From a virus (taxonomy: Duplodnaviria > Caudoviricetes): 61,029 nt of DNA. The stretch spans positions 1-61,029 of the IMG/VR virus record IMGVR_UViG_3300027985_000418. One strand, 5' to 3'. Both the position numbers and the translations under genes were made by a program. The notes under the pieces were generated by a model. That model was not told where the DNA came from and did no database searches. It saw only the letters and a list, made by a program, of their open reading frames with translations. Below, in pieces: positions 10,640 through 21,984 of this stretch (positions are counted from its first letter, which is position 1; each line of letters starts with the position of its first letter).

Positions 10640-11737
10640 TTATATTGAAACATGTTGTTTGATACTAATTACATATAATGGTGTTACAACATTGATTGTA
10701 TATTCAACTATTGCACCATATATATTATTAGGATCTTGCTTAACAGATACCATTGATTTATCAAAGTCTTTGATTATCTCAAAGTCCTGTTTGGATGATA
10801 ATACATCAATTATATCTGTCTTAATTGAATTTAATACTCTTACAACGTTCTTGGTTCTTGGATAATTGGCTCTTAATCTGTTTATTACAGATTCCAAAAT
10901 ATTATCTGCGATAAATCTGGTTGTAGCATCTAACCAAGCCTTTGATAACGTACCATCAATAGTAGTACATGTTGTAGTCAACCTATATATTGTAGGCTTA
11001 CCGTCTAACATAACAATAGGTGTTATACCTGCATTCACCAATGTATCTCTTTCAACCTTATTTATAGTTCTGTCAACACCACCAAAGCCAATAAGTTTGA
11101 TATTATTCATTGGTAGTGCAGGATCTTTCATAGCTTCATTTACGGCTATAGCAGTTAATGCCGATGCACCATATACTGGATTTAATACATTATTACTAGA
11201 ATCGACCAATGATGGTCCATATATAATAATTCTGCTGTTATTAATGCCAGATGCTACAGTAGATAGATTAGCACTTGATGTATCAACACACCCAGTAATA
11301 CTATATCTTAATTTGTCCTCTGATTCTGCATAGGTTAGATGTTCAGACAATTTAGTGATTACTGTAGCATCTACTGTGTCACACATAATAAACCCAATTG
11401 TACCATCACTTAATGACTTATCGAATGATGCCTTATATGCCGATGCAATATCTGTGTATGTTTTGCCATCACCATATTCACCAACAGCAATACCTCTAAT
11501 ATCTGTTGCACCATTCACGATCATTAATCTTGTCATTTCTCCGATTACTGAATCAGTACCGAATTTTGATACTGCATCAACAACACTTGTAATCGGAAAA
11601 ATTGATTCTCTGGATGTAGTAATAATTTCACCACTACCAGGTTTTATTTCTCCAACAATTAAAATGGACTTAGGTGCTATTGATCCTGCCGATGTATTTG
11701 CTACGATATCGGACATGCCAGTTATAACATTTGCCAT
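10640..11737 (-). CDS. Tail sheath protein
   Basis: Sheath C-terminal signature (ERDTLVNAGITP...IYRLTTT...RFIADNI...VVTPLYVI). Confidence 0.85.
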   Translation of the reverse strand: MANVITGMSDIVANTSAGSIAPKSILIVGEIKPGSGEIITTSRESIFPITSVVDAVSKFGTDSVIGEMTRLMIVNGATDIRGIAVGEYGDGKTYTDIASAYKASFDKSLSDGTIGFIMCDTVDATVITKLSEHLTYAESEDKLRYSITGCVDTSSANLSTVASGINNSRIIIYGPSLVDSSNNVLNPVYGASALTAIAVNEAMKDPALPMNNIKLIGFGGVDRTINKVERDTLVNAGITPIVMLDGKPTIYRLTTTCTTIDGTLSKAWLDATTRFIADNILESVINRLRANYPRTKNVVRVLNSIKTDIIDVLSSKQDFEIIKDFDKSMVSVKQDPNNIYGAIVEYTINVVTPLYVISIKQHVSI

Positions 11738-11749
11738 ATTATATACCTC

Positions 11750-12361
11750 CTATATATTTATTGTATGTTTAATCTGAATTTTACTTAGATCAATATATTT
11801 ATCCTGTGGTACAATACATTGTATTATACTTATATCGAATCTTATAAATGATATATAATCATAATTTTGACTTGTCTGTGTGTCAACCATATCAAAATCA
11901 TTAATTAATTTACATTCACCAATTTTAACTGGGTTTTCAATATCATCAATAAAATCTAATATATCGATAATGCCATGATTGCATATTACTATTTCATTTA
12001 ATATATCATCACTTATTATCGATTTAAATATACTCCTATGTGTATTATTATCACACACTATATCGATTTGTGATGTAATATTTGTTTCATTTCCATACAC
12101 ATCCATGTATGTATTTGTATTGGTATCGTAATTTTGACCAATAAAATTACCAAATGCAATAGCACCCTGTGTGGTCGCTACCTTTTGTATAATAATAGAT
12201 GGTTTATTAAATTTAGATAGATCTCTTGGGTATGATGGCAATATATCTATACTGATGTTATTAAGATTATATAATGATGTGATATCTGGTATTTTATCAC
12301 TAAATAATTTAATAAGTGTCATTAATATATTATAATCAATACATCTTATTTTATCTATCAT
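11750..12361 (-). CDS. Tail completion / terminator protein
   Basis: Position upstream of the sheath gene; YP..KPSIII pattern. Confidence 0.5.
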   Translation of the reverse strand: MIDKIRCIDYNILMTLIKLFSDKIPDITSLYNLNNISIDILPSYPRDLSKFNKPSIIIQKVATTQGAIAFGNFIGQNYDTNTNTYMDVYGNETNITSQIDIVCDNNTHRSIFKSIISDDILNEIVICNHGIIDILDFIDDIENPVKIGECKLINDFDMVDTQTSQNYDYISFIRFDISIIQCIVPQDKYIDLSKIQIKHTINI

Positions 12362-12364
12362 CTT

Positions 12365-12850
12365 CTACCACCCTGCCTTACTTAATGCATTTTTAATTTC
12401 ATTCTCTATTATATCTCTACAATGTTCGCTTTCCTCTTCTTGTGTAACTCTAATCGGATCTCTCATTGGGACATTAGCACCAGGTGCACCATATATGTGA
12501 TGTATTAGATAATCACAATCAGTACCTACTGATGCGGCTAATCTATTGACTCCACCCTCAATAATAATAAATGAATCTTTAGCCTTACCACTAGCTATTA
12601 ATGGTCCTCTATCATGTCCATATTTCCTAATTTTTCTTACACGTGTTTCAAATTTTAATGATTTCCATGCACCATACCCTTTTGGATCTCCACCAGTTGG
12701 ATTTTTCTTACCAAATTTTTCAACAATACAACGTTTTAAATGTTCAGCTGACAATGTAGTACCTTTCCTTGCGGCATTATATGTTACATCAGATGTATTT
12801 GCTAATGAACGTAAAGTTTTATTAATACCATGGATTCTAAACTTTAACAT
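12365..12850 (-). CDS. Neck / virion morphogenesis protein (Mu gpG or HK97 gp10-like)
   Basis: W..LK..T...K, PLIASG, VGT...Y, G...PMR motifs. Confidence 0.65.
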   Translation of the reverse strand: MLKFRIHGINKTLRSLANTSDVTYNAARKGTTLSAEHLKRCIVEKFGKKNPTGGDPKGYGAWKSLKFETRVRKIRKYGHDRGPLIASGKAKDSFIIIEGGVNRLAASVGTDCDYLIHHIYGAPGANVPMRDPIRVTQEEESEHCRDIIENEIKNALSKAGW

Positions 12851-13286
12851 ATATATCATTCCTTGCACCATCTAATTTTGATATTGTTATAATATTTTCA
12901 CCGATACGGTGTTTTATATTCTTTATCCGATACCTATTATCAGTATCATCAATCTGTATAATCCAATCAGTATCAATAATAATATCTGTTAACTTATTAT
13001 CAATAGTATACCGTAATGGTATTGCATACATATATTCCTCTATAACTCTATCTCCTGCAACATCAACTTGTGGTTTAATATCATTTATACTTGCTATAAA
13101 TTTACGTTCTGCAGGTATCATCATAGTTGTGTATACAATAGGTCCATTATATTCATGTAATAATTTATTCCAATTAATTTGTTGGTCAATTGGTGCAGGT
13201 ATAAATATTGTTAATGAAGTATCCCACATATTAATAATATTATCAACACAATTCTCCATAAAATTAATATCATAGGCTGTGATCAA
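12837..13286 (-). CDS. Head closure / head-tail adaptor
   Basis: Synteny; TTG start after an AGGAGTG RBS; C-terminal YRIKNI. Confidence 0.5.
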   Translation of the reverse strand: MITAYDINFMENCVDNIINMWDTSLTIFIPAPIDQQINWNKLLHEYNGPIVYTTMMIPAERKFIASINDIKPQVDVAGDRVIEEYMYAIPLRYTIDNKLTDIIIDTDWIIQIDDTDNRYRIKNIKHRIGENIITISKLDGARNDIYVKV

Positions 13287-13698
13287 TCTTATCACTCCTA
13301 TCCCATATACCATGAGCATTAGATCCAGTAAATCTTTTATATTCATTATCATATTCATTAATAATATTTGATAACATTTTAGGAATCATTGATTTGTCAA
13401 CAGATTTACCATCAACGGCTGTACTAAATTTAAAAAATACAGCACCAGTCATACGAAATCTACGCAATGCATAGTATACGACACGATTTTCAAACATTAA
13501 TTCTGCTGTTGACATATCTTCTATACTATCAACAGATTTAATACTGGCACATCGTAATGCATCCTTAAAATCGATACCCAGATACTTATCAAGGTCATTT
13601 TCTGTCATTTCATCACTATATCTTGGTATACCAAATGATAATGGCAATGCATCCAATTTCTGATATGCATTAGATAATATATTAATCTTAGTTGACAT
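13270..13698 (-). CDS. Head-tail connector protein
   Basis: Synteny after the capsid gene; helical, 142 aa. Confidence 0.45.
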   Translation of the reverse strand: MSTKINILSNAYQKLDALPLSFGIPRYSDEMTENDLDKYLGIDFKDALRCASIKSVDSIEDMSTAELMFENRVVYYALRRFRMTGAVFFKFSTAVDGKSVDKSMIPKMLSNIINEYDNEYKRFTGSNAHGIWDRSDKIDHSL

Positions 13699-13709
13699 AA
13701 TATCACCTA

Positions 13710-14069
13710 CTATTCATCTACAACGATATGTTGCATAACACCGTATTCAACCATAAATTTGATATCATCACGTTTTTCATATTCTTCATCGCTAAATGTC
13801 TTAGTTGAAATAAATAAATTATCTGCCTTATTTTTCCAACCGATACCGTTATTGTCTGTCCATATACCATTTCCAACAAATGTAATAACATGTTGTGGCT
13901 TATGATCTTCTGCCTGTGGTGCTGTTTCTGTTTCTGCCTTTGTTTTTTGATTTGAAGATACATCAACAGGTTCAGTAGATTTAATGTCGATATTAGCATC
14001 GTCATTGTGCATATCAACACCATTCGCATTATTTAATTTATTTAATTCAATTTTATTCATATTTGACAT
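13710..14069 (-). CDS. Hypothetical virion-associated protein
   Basis: GAGGAGG RBS before the ATG at 14069; after the capsid gene. Confidence 0.55.
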   Translation of the reverse strand: MSNMNKIELNKLNNANGVDMHNDDANIDIKSTEPVDVSSNQKTKAETETAPQAEDHKPQHVITFVGNGIWTDNNGIGWKNKADNLFISTKTFSDEEYEKRDDIKFMVEYGVMQHIVVDE

Positions 14070-14096
14070 ATTATGTCCTCCTCTTATATATTGAGA

Positions 14097-14126
14097 TTGG
14101 GCAACCCTATAATAAGAGTTGCCCAA
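14097..14126 (-). terminator. Hairpin after the major capsid gene
   Basis: TTGGGCAAC-N12-GTTGCCCAA perfect 9-bp stem; weak U-tract. Confidence 0.5.
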
Positions 14127-14173
14127 CTCCTTGTATAGTATGGTTGGTGACTATGTTATATTGTTAATGATAA

Positions 14174-15043
14174 TTAACATCCAGTAATCTTGTATACATT
14201 ATCGCCATATAGAACCGCAAATGTATAAGCTTCAAGTGTGCGTACTTCCTCTGCGGCATTTGAGAAATTCTCCTGTCTATCTAAACGGAGTTCCTCTCTA
14301 ACGCAGTATAAAAGCTTATCTTTTGCACGAACTAGTAGTGCAACACCAGGAGTTACCCAAGCTGTTGTAATTACTGATAGTCCACATACACCCTTAATGT
14401 CGCCAGTATTAGGATCAAGAACAATTCCTGGAGGAACTTGATCTAATGTTGCAGGTAATAGATCATCTTGTTGATCTGGGTTCATAATAAGGTGTGTAAA
14501 GTATACTGGTCTTGGAATATTTGTTTCATCCTCAACAAATTGTGCCGCAGATTTCTTAGCATCTCTAATATCCTTAATAGCAAGTGTACCTGCAGTAATT
14601 GCAGCCTTACTATTTCCTGCAGATGCTTCAAGAGCCTTAAATGCAACTCTGTTCTTAGTACGAGTGTGTGCCTTACCAAGTTCAATAGTTGTAAATCTGA
14701 TAACGTCAACTTGATCATCACGAATCATCTGATGTGTAAATCCACAGCGAACACCGTAGTCTTCTGCAGAGATTGTTTGTTTACCAGTTCCAAGATTTAC
14801 AAATGGAATATCTTGCCCCTCAATGATCTTACCAACAGCAAGACCCTTGAATGTTGGGAATGGGACATTGTTACGTGTAAGTTCGAATTTTGAGAAAATA
14901 GTTTCAAATTGTGATGGCTCTTCATTTGCACCATCCAATAGTAATGGATTTAATCCATATACCATAATGTCGGCAAAATCAGATCTGCCTTGAAGTTCTG
15001 AGATTCTTACATCTTTAGATGTAAAATTAATTGTTTCACCCAT
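14174..15043 (-). CDS. Major capsid protein (HK97 fold)
   Basis: IEGQDIP, YG...FTHQMIRDD and LIMNPDQ motifs; codon usage of a highly expressed gene; strong RBS. Confidence 0.85.
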   Translation of the reverse strand: MGETINFTSKDVRISELQGRSDFADIMVYGLNPLLLDGANEEPSQFETIFSKFELTRNNVPFPTFKGLAVGKIIEGQDIPFVNLGTGKQTISAEDYGVRCGFTHQMIRDDQVDVIRFTTIELGKAHTRTKNRVAFKALEASAGNSKAAITAGTLAIKDIRDAKKSAAQFVEDETNIPRPVYFTHLIMNPDQQDDLLPATLDQVPPGIVLDPNTGDIKGVCGLSVITTAWVTPGVALLVRAKDKLLYCVREELRLDRQENFSNAAEEVRTLEAYTFAVLYGDNVYKITGC

Positions 15044-15062
15044 TTATTATGTCCTCCTTATA

Positions 15063-15464
15063 TTATAGACTTAGATTTACAAATACATCCGCACCAATAG
15101 TCGCAGACGATAATGCAATACCTACAATTTGTGATGGTGATCCTACATCATATGATGCAACGTCACCGTCTGCACCCGCAACAATTCTATCGCCTGCAGT
15201 AATAGCACCAGATGCTGTAAGTTTACATAAACCTCTACATTCAACAGCTACTGGTTTAGTGTCTTCTGTATCAAACATTGCAACACCAATAAGTGCATTA
15301 CTTCCCACTGTAGCATGTGCAACTTCCAAATCGCCAGTAACCATTAAAAGTTTACCCTTTGTAATAGCACCATTAGCAATAATTTTCTTGTCTTCTGCAG
15401 ACGAATCAACAGTAGACATGTACCCAATACGATTTCCATCACTTACAAAATAATTCTTGCTCAT
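15063..15464 (-). CDS. Capsid decoration protein (DUF2190-like)
   Basis: AITKG, IGVA, GAITAGD and VGIAL motifs; upstream of the capsid gene. Confidence 0.75.
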   Translation of the reverse strand: MSKNYFVSDGNRIGYMSTVDSSAEDKKIIANGAITKGKLLMVTGDLEVAHATVGSNALIGVAMFDTEDTKPVAVECRGLCKLTASGAITAGDRIVAGADGDVASYDVGSPSQIVGIALSSATIGADVFVNLSL

Positions 15465-15477
15465 ATCATTTTACCTC

Positions 15478-16644
15478 CTATTTAGTAGCAGTTGGCTTAA
15501 ACATATTTGCTACAGCATCTCTGACATCAGCATCTGCATGTGGCTTATATGCACCAACTGGTGGATTTATACCTGTTGTAGATCCCCTAATTTCTGTAAT
15601 AAATGCTATTTCCTTATTGATAGAATCAACAATTTCTGATTCTGTCCTACCAACAATTCTTGGCTTTACCATTTCACAGATATCAGCAGGAACTAATTCT
15701 GATACCTTACTCGCAATCATTTCGATCACTTTGGCATCTTCAATATCCTTATTAAGTTTACTGATTGTATCCTCATAACCTGCAAGGATTGATTGTAATT
15801 CTGTAATTTTAATTGTCTTGCTCTCTCCACCGATGTCTAGTGCCAATTCTGTGATTTTAGCACTTTCCTTGATCTCATTAACTAATGATGGATTAGAATT
15901 CTGTAATTCTGTTAGAGTAGCAGATTCAAGAATTTTCCCAAGAATTGTTGGATTATATGCCTTTAATTCTGTTACAGAAACATTCCCAATAACCTCTTTT
16001 GTTGCTATTACGTCCGCCATGATATTATCTCCTCCTATATTTTGATTTTGTTCACTTACAATACTAATTGCTTGTGATGTACCCATACCCTCTGTGCCTG
16101 GATTCGCCCAATCTATAGATTGTAATATATTAAGTCTAATAACATCAATAGTGTCATTAGTACCCCTAATTATATCACCAGATCCATTAATTGAAACTGT
16201 CATCGGATTTTTAGCTGCAATACTTTTAGGTATCCATTCACGTAATGGTGATGTCTTGAATAAATAAGCCTTAGCAATTATCCTATGGATACCATCTTCC
16301 ATGATATCTACTTTTGATCCGACGAATATACATTGTGGTTCTCTAAATTCAAATCCATATTTTGATGGATCTGGATGTCCAAGAAAACCTTGTACACCAG
16401 GTATCATATTATTTATGCTGTCGACAACACTATTCGAGTATCTCCTATTATTACCTTTGGATATACCAGATCTAATGACCTCGACATTTACAAATTTTGG
16501 ATCACTATCATCATTTGTAATTGCATCAACATTAATACGTGGATCAATTGGTACATCATAATCATTTGATATAGATCCATTAACTGCGACCATCTCTAAT
16601 ATCATATTATTTGATATAAACATATCATTGATAATGTCACTCAT
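15478..16644 (-). CDS. Prohead protease / scaffold
   Basis: SKGNNRRYS, GFLGHP, VSING and SIDW motifs followed by a coiled-coil scaffold region. Confidence 0.7.
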   Translation of the reverse strand: MSDIINDMFISNNMILEMVAVNGSISNDYDVPIDPRINVDAITNDDSDPKFVNVEVIRSGISKGNNRRYSNSVVDSINNMIPGVQGFLGHPDPSKYGFEFREPQCIFVGSKVDIMEDGIHRIIAKAYLFKTSPLREWIPKSIAAKNPMTVSINGSGDIIRGTNDTIDVIRLNILQSIDWANPGTEGMGTSQAISIVSEQNQNIGGDNIMADVIATKEVIGNVSVTELKAYNPTILGKILESATLTELQNSNPSLVNEIKESAKITELALDIGGESKTIKITELQSILAGYEDTISKLNKDIEDAKVIEMIASKVSELVPADICEMVKPRIVGRTESEIVDSINKEIAFITEIRGSTTGINPPVGAYKPHADADVRDAVANMFKPTATK

Positions 16645-16681
16645 AATCTCACCACCTTATTATATAAATAGTAGAATATAA

Positions 16682-17914
16682 TTAATGCTTTGTAATATCA
16701 TATAATTTATCTAATAATTTATTAAATTCAAATAATTGTTTATTATTCCAATCAAAATTATTCATAATATTTTTGATAGACAATATAATACCATTAATAT
16801 TATTACTATTATCTACTATTGATTCTGCAACTAGATTTGACCATAATTTCATTTGATCATTATATAATCTACTAGTATTACTATGCGATTTATCATAATA
16901 TATATCTAGTTTTGATATAATATCATTTATTGCATTTTGTCTTGCATATGAAATAGCTGTTAATACATTTTGACTTCTATCTCCACCAATATATCTGTAT
17001 GATATATCTGGATCTATATAATCACCATATTTTATACCTAATCTACTATTCATTTTATCTTGTATTTCATTTATAGTATAACGATCTTTCAAGGATTGTG
17101 TTTCAGTAACCATTGCTATTGTCTGTTCTTCCGTCCAACCATCTTTATATGGTAACCATACACATCTACATCTAACATGTGCAGGTAAAACCTCCATATT
17201 ATCGTCAATATCAAATATATTACCTATTCTAGGTCGACAATATGTACATGTAACTTCTGAATATTTGAAGCCATGCCAATACTTCTTTACCTTATCTGTT
17301 GGGTTTGCTTTATTATAATTATATAAATTACTAATTGTACCATAATTATATGCTCTACTAAGTTCAGTTTGAGTAATTTCCTCTGCCTTAGATGCATTAG
17401 TACCCAATATCTTTATAATACTATTTTTTACATTATCCTTATCAGATCTACCTGTTAAGAATAATGTTTGTAATTCAGATCTAATTTTTTCGACCTTAGA
17501 CGAACTATATCCTTTTAATAAATCAAATGCATGCTCTTGTATATATTTGACTGATTCATTATTGTATGATATTTGCATTTCTGTTATATTCTTATTAAAT
17601 TTACGTGATAATTCGTTAGCAATATCAATATAATTATTTACATTATGATAACCTAAATTATAATGATTATCAAATGCATCTAATAATATACGTTTCACAT
17701 TTGATGTATATTCTTCAAATTTTGCCTGTACCTTAATCATAAATTGTGACAGTATTAATTGACTTGTGATTGATGATACATATATCAATATTCCATTATC
17801 TAATTTATTTTTATATAATTTAATTTGTGATATAATATCCTGTTCAATTTGTAGAATATGTTTATCATTTCTGTCTGCTTGTTCAATCACATATCCCATA
17901 ATTGTATTATACAT
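16682..17914 (-). CDS. Minor head protein (SPP1 gp7 / Mu gpF family)
   Basis: ITQTELSRAYN, TCTYC and PAHVRCRC motifs. Confidence 0.85.
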   Translation of the reverse strand: MYNTIMGYVIEQADRNDKHILQIEQDIISQIKLYKNKLDNGILIYVSSITSQLILSQFMIKVQAKFEEYTSNVKRILLDAFDNHYNLGYHNVNNYIDIANELSRKFNKNITEMQISYNNESVKYIQEHAFDLLKGYSSSKVEKIRSELQTLFLTGRSDKDNVKNSIIKILGTNASKAEEITQTELSRAYNYGTISNLYNYNKANPTDKVKKYWHGFKYSEVTCTYCRPRIGNIFDIDDNMEVLPAHVRCRCVWLPYKDGWTEEQTIAMVTETQSLKDRYTINEIQDKMNSRLGIKYGDYIDPDISYRYIGGDRSQNVLTAISYARQNAINDIISKLDIYYDKSHSNTSRLYNDQMKLWSNLVAESIVDNSNNINGIILSIKNIMNNFDWNNKQLFEFNKLLDKLYDITKH

Positions 17915-17957
17915 ATGTCATCACTCCTATCATAATAAATATCGTATCGACAATGAT

Positions 17958-18043
17958 TTTATAACAAGCCTTTGACAATACGATAACATTTTTGACAAAT
18001 TTTTTCGAAAAGAAAAACATATACAGTAAGAAAAAAAATTAAT
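17958..18043 (-). repeat. ~85-bp dispersed repeat, copy A (inverted relative to 26994-27084)
   Basis: Reverse complement matches copy B apart from homopolymer lengths and 3 substitutions. Confidence 0.9.
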
Positions 18044-19553
18044 TGTTAGTTTTTCTATCTCCCATTATTTGTGTGGTGATATTCTTTGATTCTGCCCTTG
18101 CTTTTCTATCATCAGTACCATCATCTTCACTATTTTCTCCATTAACTTTAGTTGTAAATCTTCCACCAATAGCACCTGCAAAATCAGAATTATCCATCAA
18201 ATCACCCAATAACTCACGTTCCTCTGTTATTTGTATTTGTTCTATATCCCAATTGTGTCCCATATTCATACATGCTGTCTTTCTTGAGCATATATTCGCA
18301 CCAACCTTTAGTACATATGTTTCTGCTTTTGATTTCTCGGACATTGTACTAATCTCTGGGAATACTATTTGACCTTTATCAATATTAGATATTTCTAATC
18401 CTGCAATAGCAACAACAAATTTATGAATATCCATAAACATATCATGAAATGCTTGTTGCCTATTCTCGGCGATTTTATTAAGTGCGAATGTATTATCAGC
18501 TGTAGTCGCATCTTGATTGAATAATAGATATTCTGGGAATCCTGTACCTGCACATAATAAACCTCTTAACATAGCATTGTCATCTTTAGCATCTAATGCA
18601 CCATTTTGAAATTCTAATGGTTTCCATGTTTCTTGTTTGTTATGTACTGGGTTCGATCCTATTTGGAAATTAGCAAGTTCTTCAATGCGATCCATTATAA
18701 CTTTATTGTCATCGGTATCTATCGTTATATCATATGATGGACATCCATACAATTGATGAATTGATAGACGGTCACCAACAAAATTAATATAATCAGCCAC
18801 TATATCATATATTTGTTTGAAATCTGATGTTCCATGTATTTCATTAGATGCACAATTAAATTTTACATGTGCCATTACACCTTTACCGCCATCAATTTTT
18901 ATATTTATACCTAACAATTTTCTAACCTTATTGATTATTTTACTATTTACTGGATTAGAATATTCTATATTATTTATAAAATTTGATATTGGCATCATAT
19001 CAAATTGTTCATCTTTACCAGTTTCTTCATTTTTGTATGCAACAATATATCTATTTACTGCATTAGGATTTGCAGGATCAAAATCTATTGTTACTTGACT
19101 CGATTCATATGCTGTCAACATTATATCACCAGATGGCTGTGGATACAATCCTATAAATACTTCACCATACAATTGTGCATCTGTACTTATAGCATCAAGT
19201 TTTGATCTTAATTTGTTTGTTCTCCAAAATCGATTAATAACCTCTTGTGTCTGCTTATCATCGTAAACACACTTAATGCCTTTACCAAATATTAAAGCAT
19301 TTAATTGTGTTACTCTGTTTTGGATAATTGGATTTGTTTTCCATAATGAATACATATTATTATTTGTTATCAGTCTACTTGAATTCCACCTGTATGAAAC
19401 CCTAGCATTTGTTATCGTACCACTAGATTTACCACTTTGTCCTGCAATCATTTCTGTGATTGCATGATTTACTGCATTTGTATCATAATTGATTTTATTA
19501 TCTGTACCTAATGTTCCGATTATATTATTATTTAATAATACATCATATCCCAT
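18039..19553 (-). CDS. Portal protein
   Basis: NPIIQN...IFGKGI, LYGEVFI and HGTSDF motifs; between the terminase and minor head genes. Confidence 0.8.
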   Translation of the reverse strand: MGYDVLLNNNIIGTLGTDNKINYDTNAVNHAITEMIAGQSGKSSGTITNARVSYRWNSSRLITNNNMYSLWKTNPIIQNRVTQLNALIFGKGIKCVYDDKQTQEVINRFWRTNKLRSKLDAISTDAQLYGEVFIGLYPQPSGDIMLTAYESSQVTIDFDPANPNAVNRYIVAYKNEETGKDEQFDMMPISNFINNIEYSNPVNSKIINKVRKLLGINIKIDGGKGVMAHVKFNCASNEIHGTSDFKQIYDIVADYINFVGDRLSIHQLYGCPSYDITIDTDDNKVIMDRIEELANFQIGSNPVHNKQETWKPLEFQNGALDAKDDNAMLRGLLCAGTGFPEYLLFNQDATTADNTFALNKIAENRQQAFHDMFMDIHKFVVAIAGLEISNIDKGQIVFPEISTMSEKSKAETYVLKVGANICSRKTACMNMGHNWDIEQIQITEERELLGDLMDNSDFAGAIGGRFTTKVNGENSEDDGTDDRKARAESKNITTQIMGDRKTNN

Positions 19554-19555
19554 AA

Positions 19556-21346
19556 TTATCTCCTCCTATTTCTTTTTATAAATACTGGAAATGAATCTTT
19601 GTTTATATTGCGTTTTTCTCTTCTAGTATTAACTATTGGTGCAGCACTATTGCCTAATGGTTTATATATTGCACCACCAGATGCTACATCGGCATATATT
19701 TTAGCATGTAAAAAGTGATCTGGTCCTGTATTTACATACATAATATACTGGTTTCCTGATTTTGTGGTAGCTTTCTCAGCCGCAATATTAGTAAAATGTT
19801 CAATCAATAGATCTACTTTATCTAAACTAATATCTTCACCAGGTAATATCAATCTACCATCATGAATTTCGTCTATTACTTGTTCAATAGCTTCTGATCT
19901 ACCTACTGTTACTATATGTTCTTTTTCATTCCATGAAATTTCTGTTTTAGCAGGTGGTGTAGCATAATAACAAGCAAATACTTGATTTGTAACACCCAAT
20001 AATTTCAATTCATCGGCAAGATTATTATGACGTGTTATATCTGGACCTGCATCGTTTACAACCTTTTTAATCTGACTCTTATATTTTGCTAAAAATCTGG
20101 CTATTGATTTTGCATGTTGACGTGGATCTGATTCTCCTGCAATATAACAATCAATCAATCTATGTTCTTTATTCTGTACATAGCACCATGATTTAGCACC
20201 CCAGTCTATTCCTGCAAATAATGGCTCATTATTCGTATCACCCAATCTATAATTATTTTTTGTACATTCTTCCATCATTGCAATGGTGATTGGTATATCA
20301 TCGCCACCATATGATTCTCCTAGTACCTCATTATAGAATCTACGTTTAGGATATGTAGTAGACATTCGCTTTTTCATAATTTCATTTGGCGATAACCAAG
20401 CAACCATTAGCTGATTTATATGATATCCTCTATATTGAGGTCTTTTTTGTGGATTGGTAGCCATCCATTCGCCATTATTACGGTTTAATGGACTTCTACA
20501 ATGTGGACATCCGTAATAATATCCTATTTCATCATCACCAGAATCCAATATATTGTCCATAGTGATTGGTGCTTTTCTCCCACAATGCTCACATGTTACA
20601 AACCAATATAATTTATCACTAGCTTCCCATTGTTGATCAAATTGTATACCAGGTAATTTTGGAGTACCAAGTGTTAATGTCTGTTTAAATTCAGAATGTG
20701 ATGCACCCTCGCCAAGTACCGTTTCTACATCATTTGGATGGTCTTGACGTTCATCATATACTATAAAGTCTAATGTAACACCACGTGAAGCATCGCCAAC
20801 AGTATCTTTTCTAGATTCCCATGTTCCACCAAGAATATAAAAATTATGAGGTTTTAAATTACGTTCATTTTCATCTTTTTCAAATCTTCTCATAACCATT
20901 TCAGAATTTCTATCATCATACCAATGTTTCAGATACTCACTATCCTTGATTGCAGAATCTAATCTCTGTTTTGAAAATTTTAGTGCTTGATTAGCACGTG
21001 GGAATGCATGTAATCCAGATGTATATGGATGTTCATCCAATTTTCTAAGCATCCAATTCATACTGAACTCTGACATTTCTACTTGTCTGCCTTTCATAAA
21101 TATTATATCTTGATAATTGTCACGATATGGTTGTAACAGATAATCTCTATTATAAAATGAAAATGGCTGACCTTTTAATATTCTTCTAGTTTCTGTCCAT
21201 GATACTGGATCTATTTGACATAATATATCCATAAAATCCTGTTGGGACATTGATCCTAATGCCTGTTCCAGACTGGTAATTATATTGCTATCAATCGTGT
21301 TTGATACCTGTTCGTAGCCTGTCGATGATATTATATCCATCGCCAC
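19556..21346 (-). CDS. Terminase large subunit (lambda GpA-like)
   Basis: Deviant Walker A KGRQVEMSE, YDE Walker B, CEHCG/CPHC zinc sites, GEWMATNP..GYHINQL, GIDWG nuclease domain, DHFLHA. Confidence 0.85.
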   Translation of the reverse strand: MAMDIISSTGYEQVSNTIDSNIITSLEQALGSMSQQDFMDILCQIDPVSWTETRRILKGQPFSFYNRDYLLQPYRDNYQDIIFMKGRQVEMSEFSMNWMLRKLDEHPYTSGLHAFPRANQALKFSKQRLDSAIKDSEYLKHWYDDRNSEMVMRRFEKDENERNLKPHNFYILGGTWESRKDTVGDASRGVTLDFIVYDERQDHPNDVETVLGEGASHSEFKQTLTLGTPKLPGIQFDQQWEASDKLYWFVTCEHCGRKAPITMDNILDSGDDEIGYYYGCPHCRSPLNRNNGEWMATNPQKRPQYRGYHINQLMVAWLSPNEIMKKRMSTTYPKRRFYNEVLGESYGGDDIPITIAMMEECTKNNYRLGDTNNEPLFAGIDWGAKSWCYVQNKEHRLIDCYIAGESDPRQHAKSIARFLAKYKSQIKKVVNDAGPDITRHNNLADELKLLGVTNQVFACYYATPPAKTEISWNEKEHIVTVGRSEAIEQVIDEIHDGRLILPGEDISLDKVDLLIEHFTNIAAEKATTKSGNQYIMYVNTGPDHFLHAKIYADVASGGAIYKPLGNSAAPIVNTRREKRNINKDSFPVFIKRNRRR

Positions 21347-21896
21347 TATCTATCGCCCCTTTCAAGATATCTGTTAGTGCTGATTTTACATTTACATTAA
21401 TTGTTGTTGGTTTTAATAATGATGGATCATTTTCTACTGCACCGAATCTTTGTGCTTTCAATACAGTATCGCCATAGATTTTAATTGCATCCAACATATT
21501 TTGTGTAATAAATCTCATATCCTGTGCATTTTTAATTTTTACAACTTCCATATCAACATTGGCTAGCATATTTGCAGATTGATCAATTATATCAGACAAT
21601 TTAGCTAATGTATCTATTTGTTTTACCTGTCCAATACCTAAATTTATTTGATCCTTGATTTCGCCCATCTTTGCTTGATATATTGGATTCTTTTGCAATT
21701 CCTTATTAATAAATTCTTCACGATATTTTTTATATTTTATTACTGATTTATCAGATATTGATTCGCCAAATTTCATTTTTAATTCTTTTGATATCCACAT
21801 CGCTGATTTTCCCTCTGTCAACCAAGTATCAATTTGAGCCTTATTTGGACTTTGTTCGCATGCTGTTTGATAACTTCCTACTGCCATTACCTCCAT
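21291..21896 (-). CDS. Putative terminase small subunit
   Basis: N-terminal HTH-like segment plus helical oligomerisation region; directly upstream of the large subunit; start at MEVMAV after GGTGGTG. Confidence 0.55.
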   Translation of the reverse strand: MEVMAVGSYQTACEQSPNKAQIDTWLTEGKSAMWISKELKMKFGESISDKSVIKYKKYREEFINKELQKNPIYQAKMGEIKDQINLGIGQVKQIDTLAKLSDIIDQSANMLANVDMEVVKIKNAQDMRFITQNMLDAIKIYGDTVLKAQRFGAVENDPSLLKPTTINVNVKSALTDILKGAIDSGDGYNIIDRLRTGIKHD

Positions 21897-21984
21897 ATTT
21901 TCACCACCATTTCTATTATGTTTAGACCGTACAGTTAATTGATAACGGTAGGTCTTCTTCATTATATTTATTATATTTATCATA

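Noticed and set aside
1142-19467. Many plus-strand ORFs opposite the structural genes (and minus-strand ORFs opposite replication genes)
   Set aside because: Antisense shadows of real genes; no RBS or motifs
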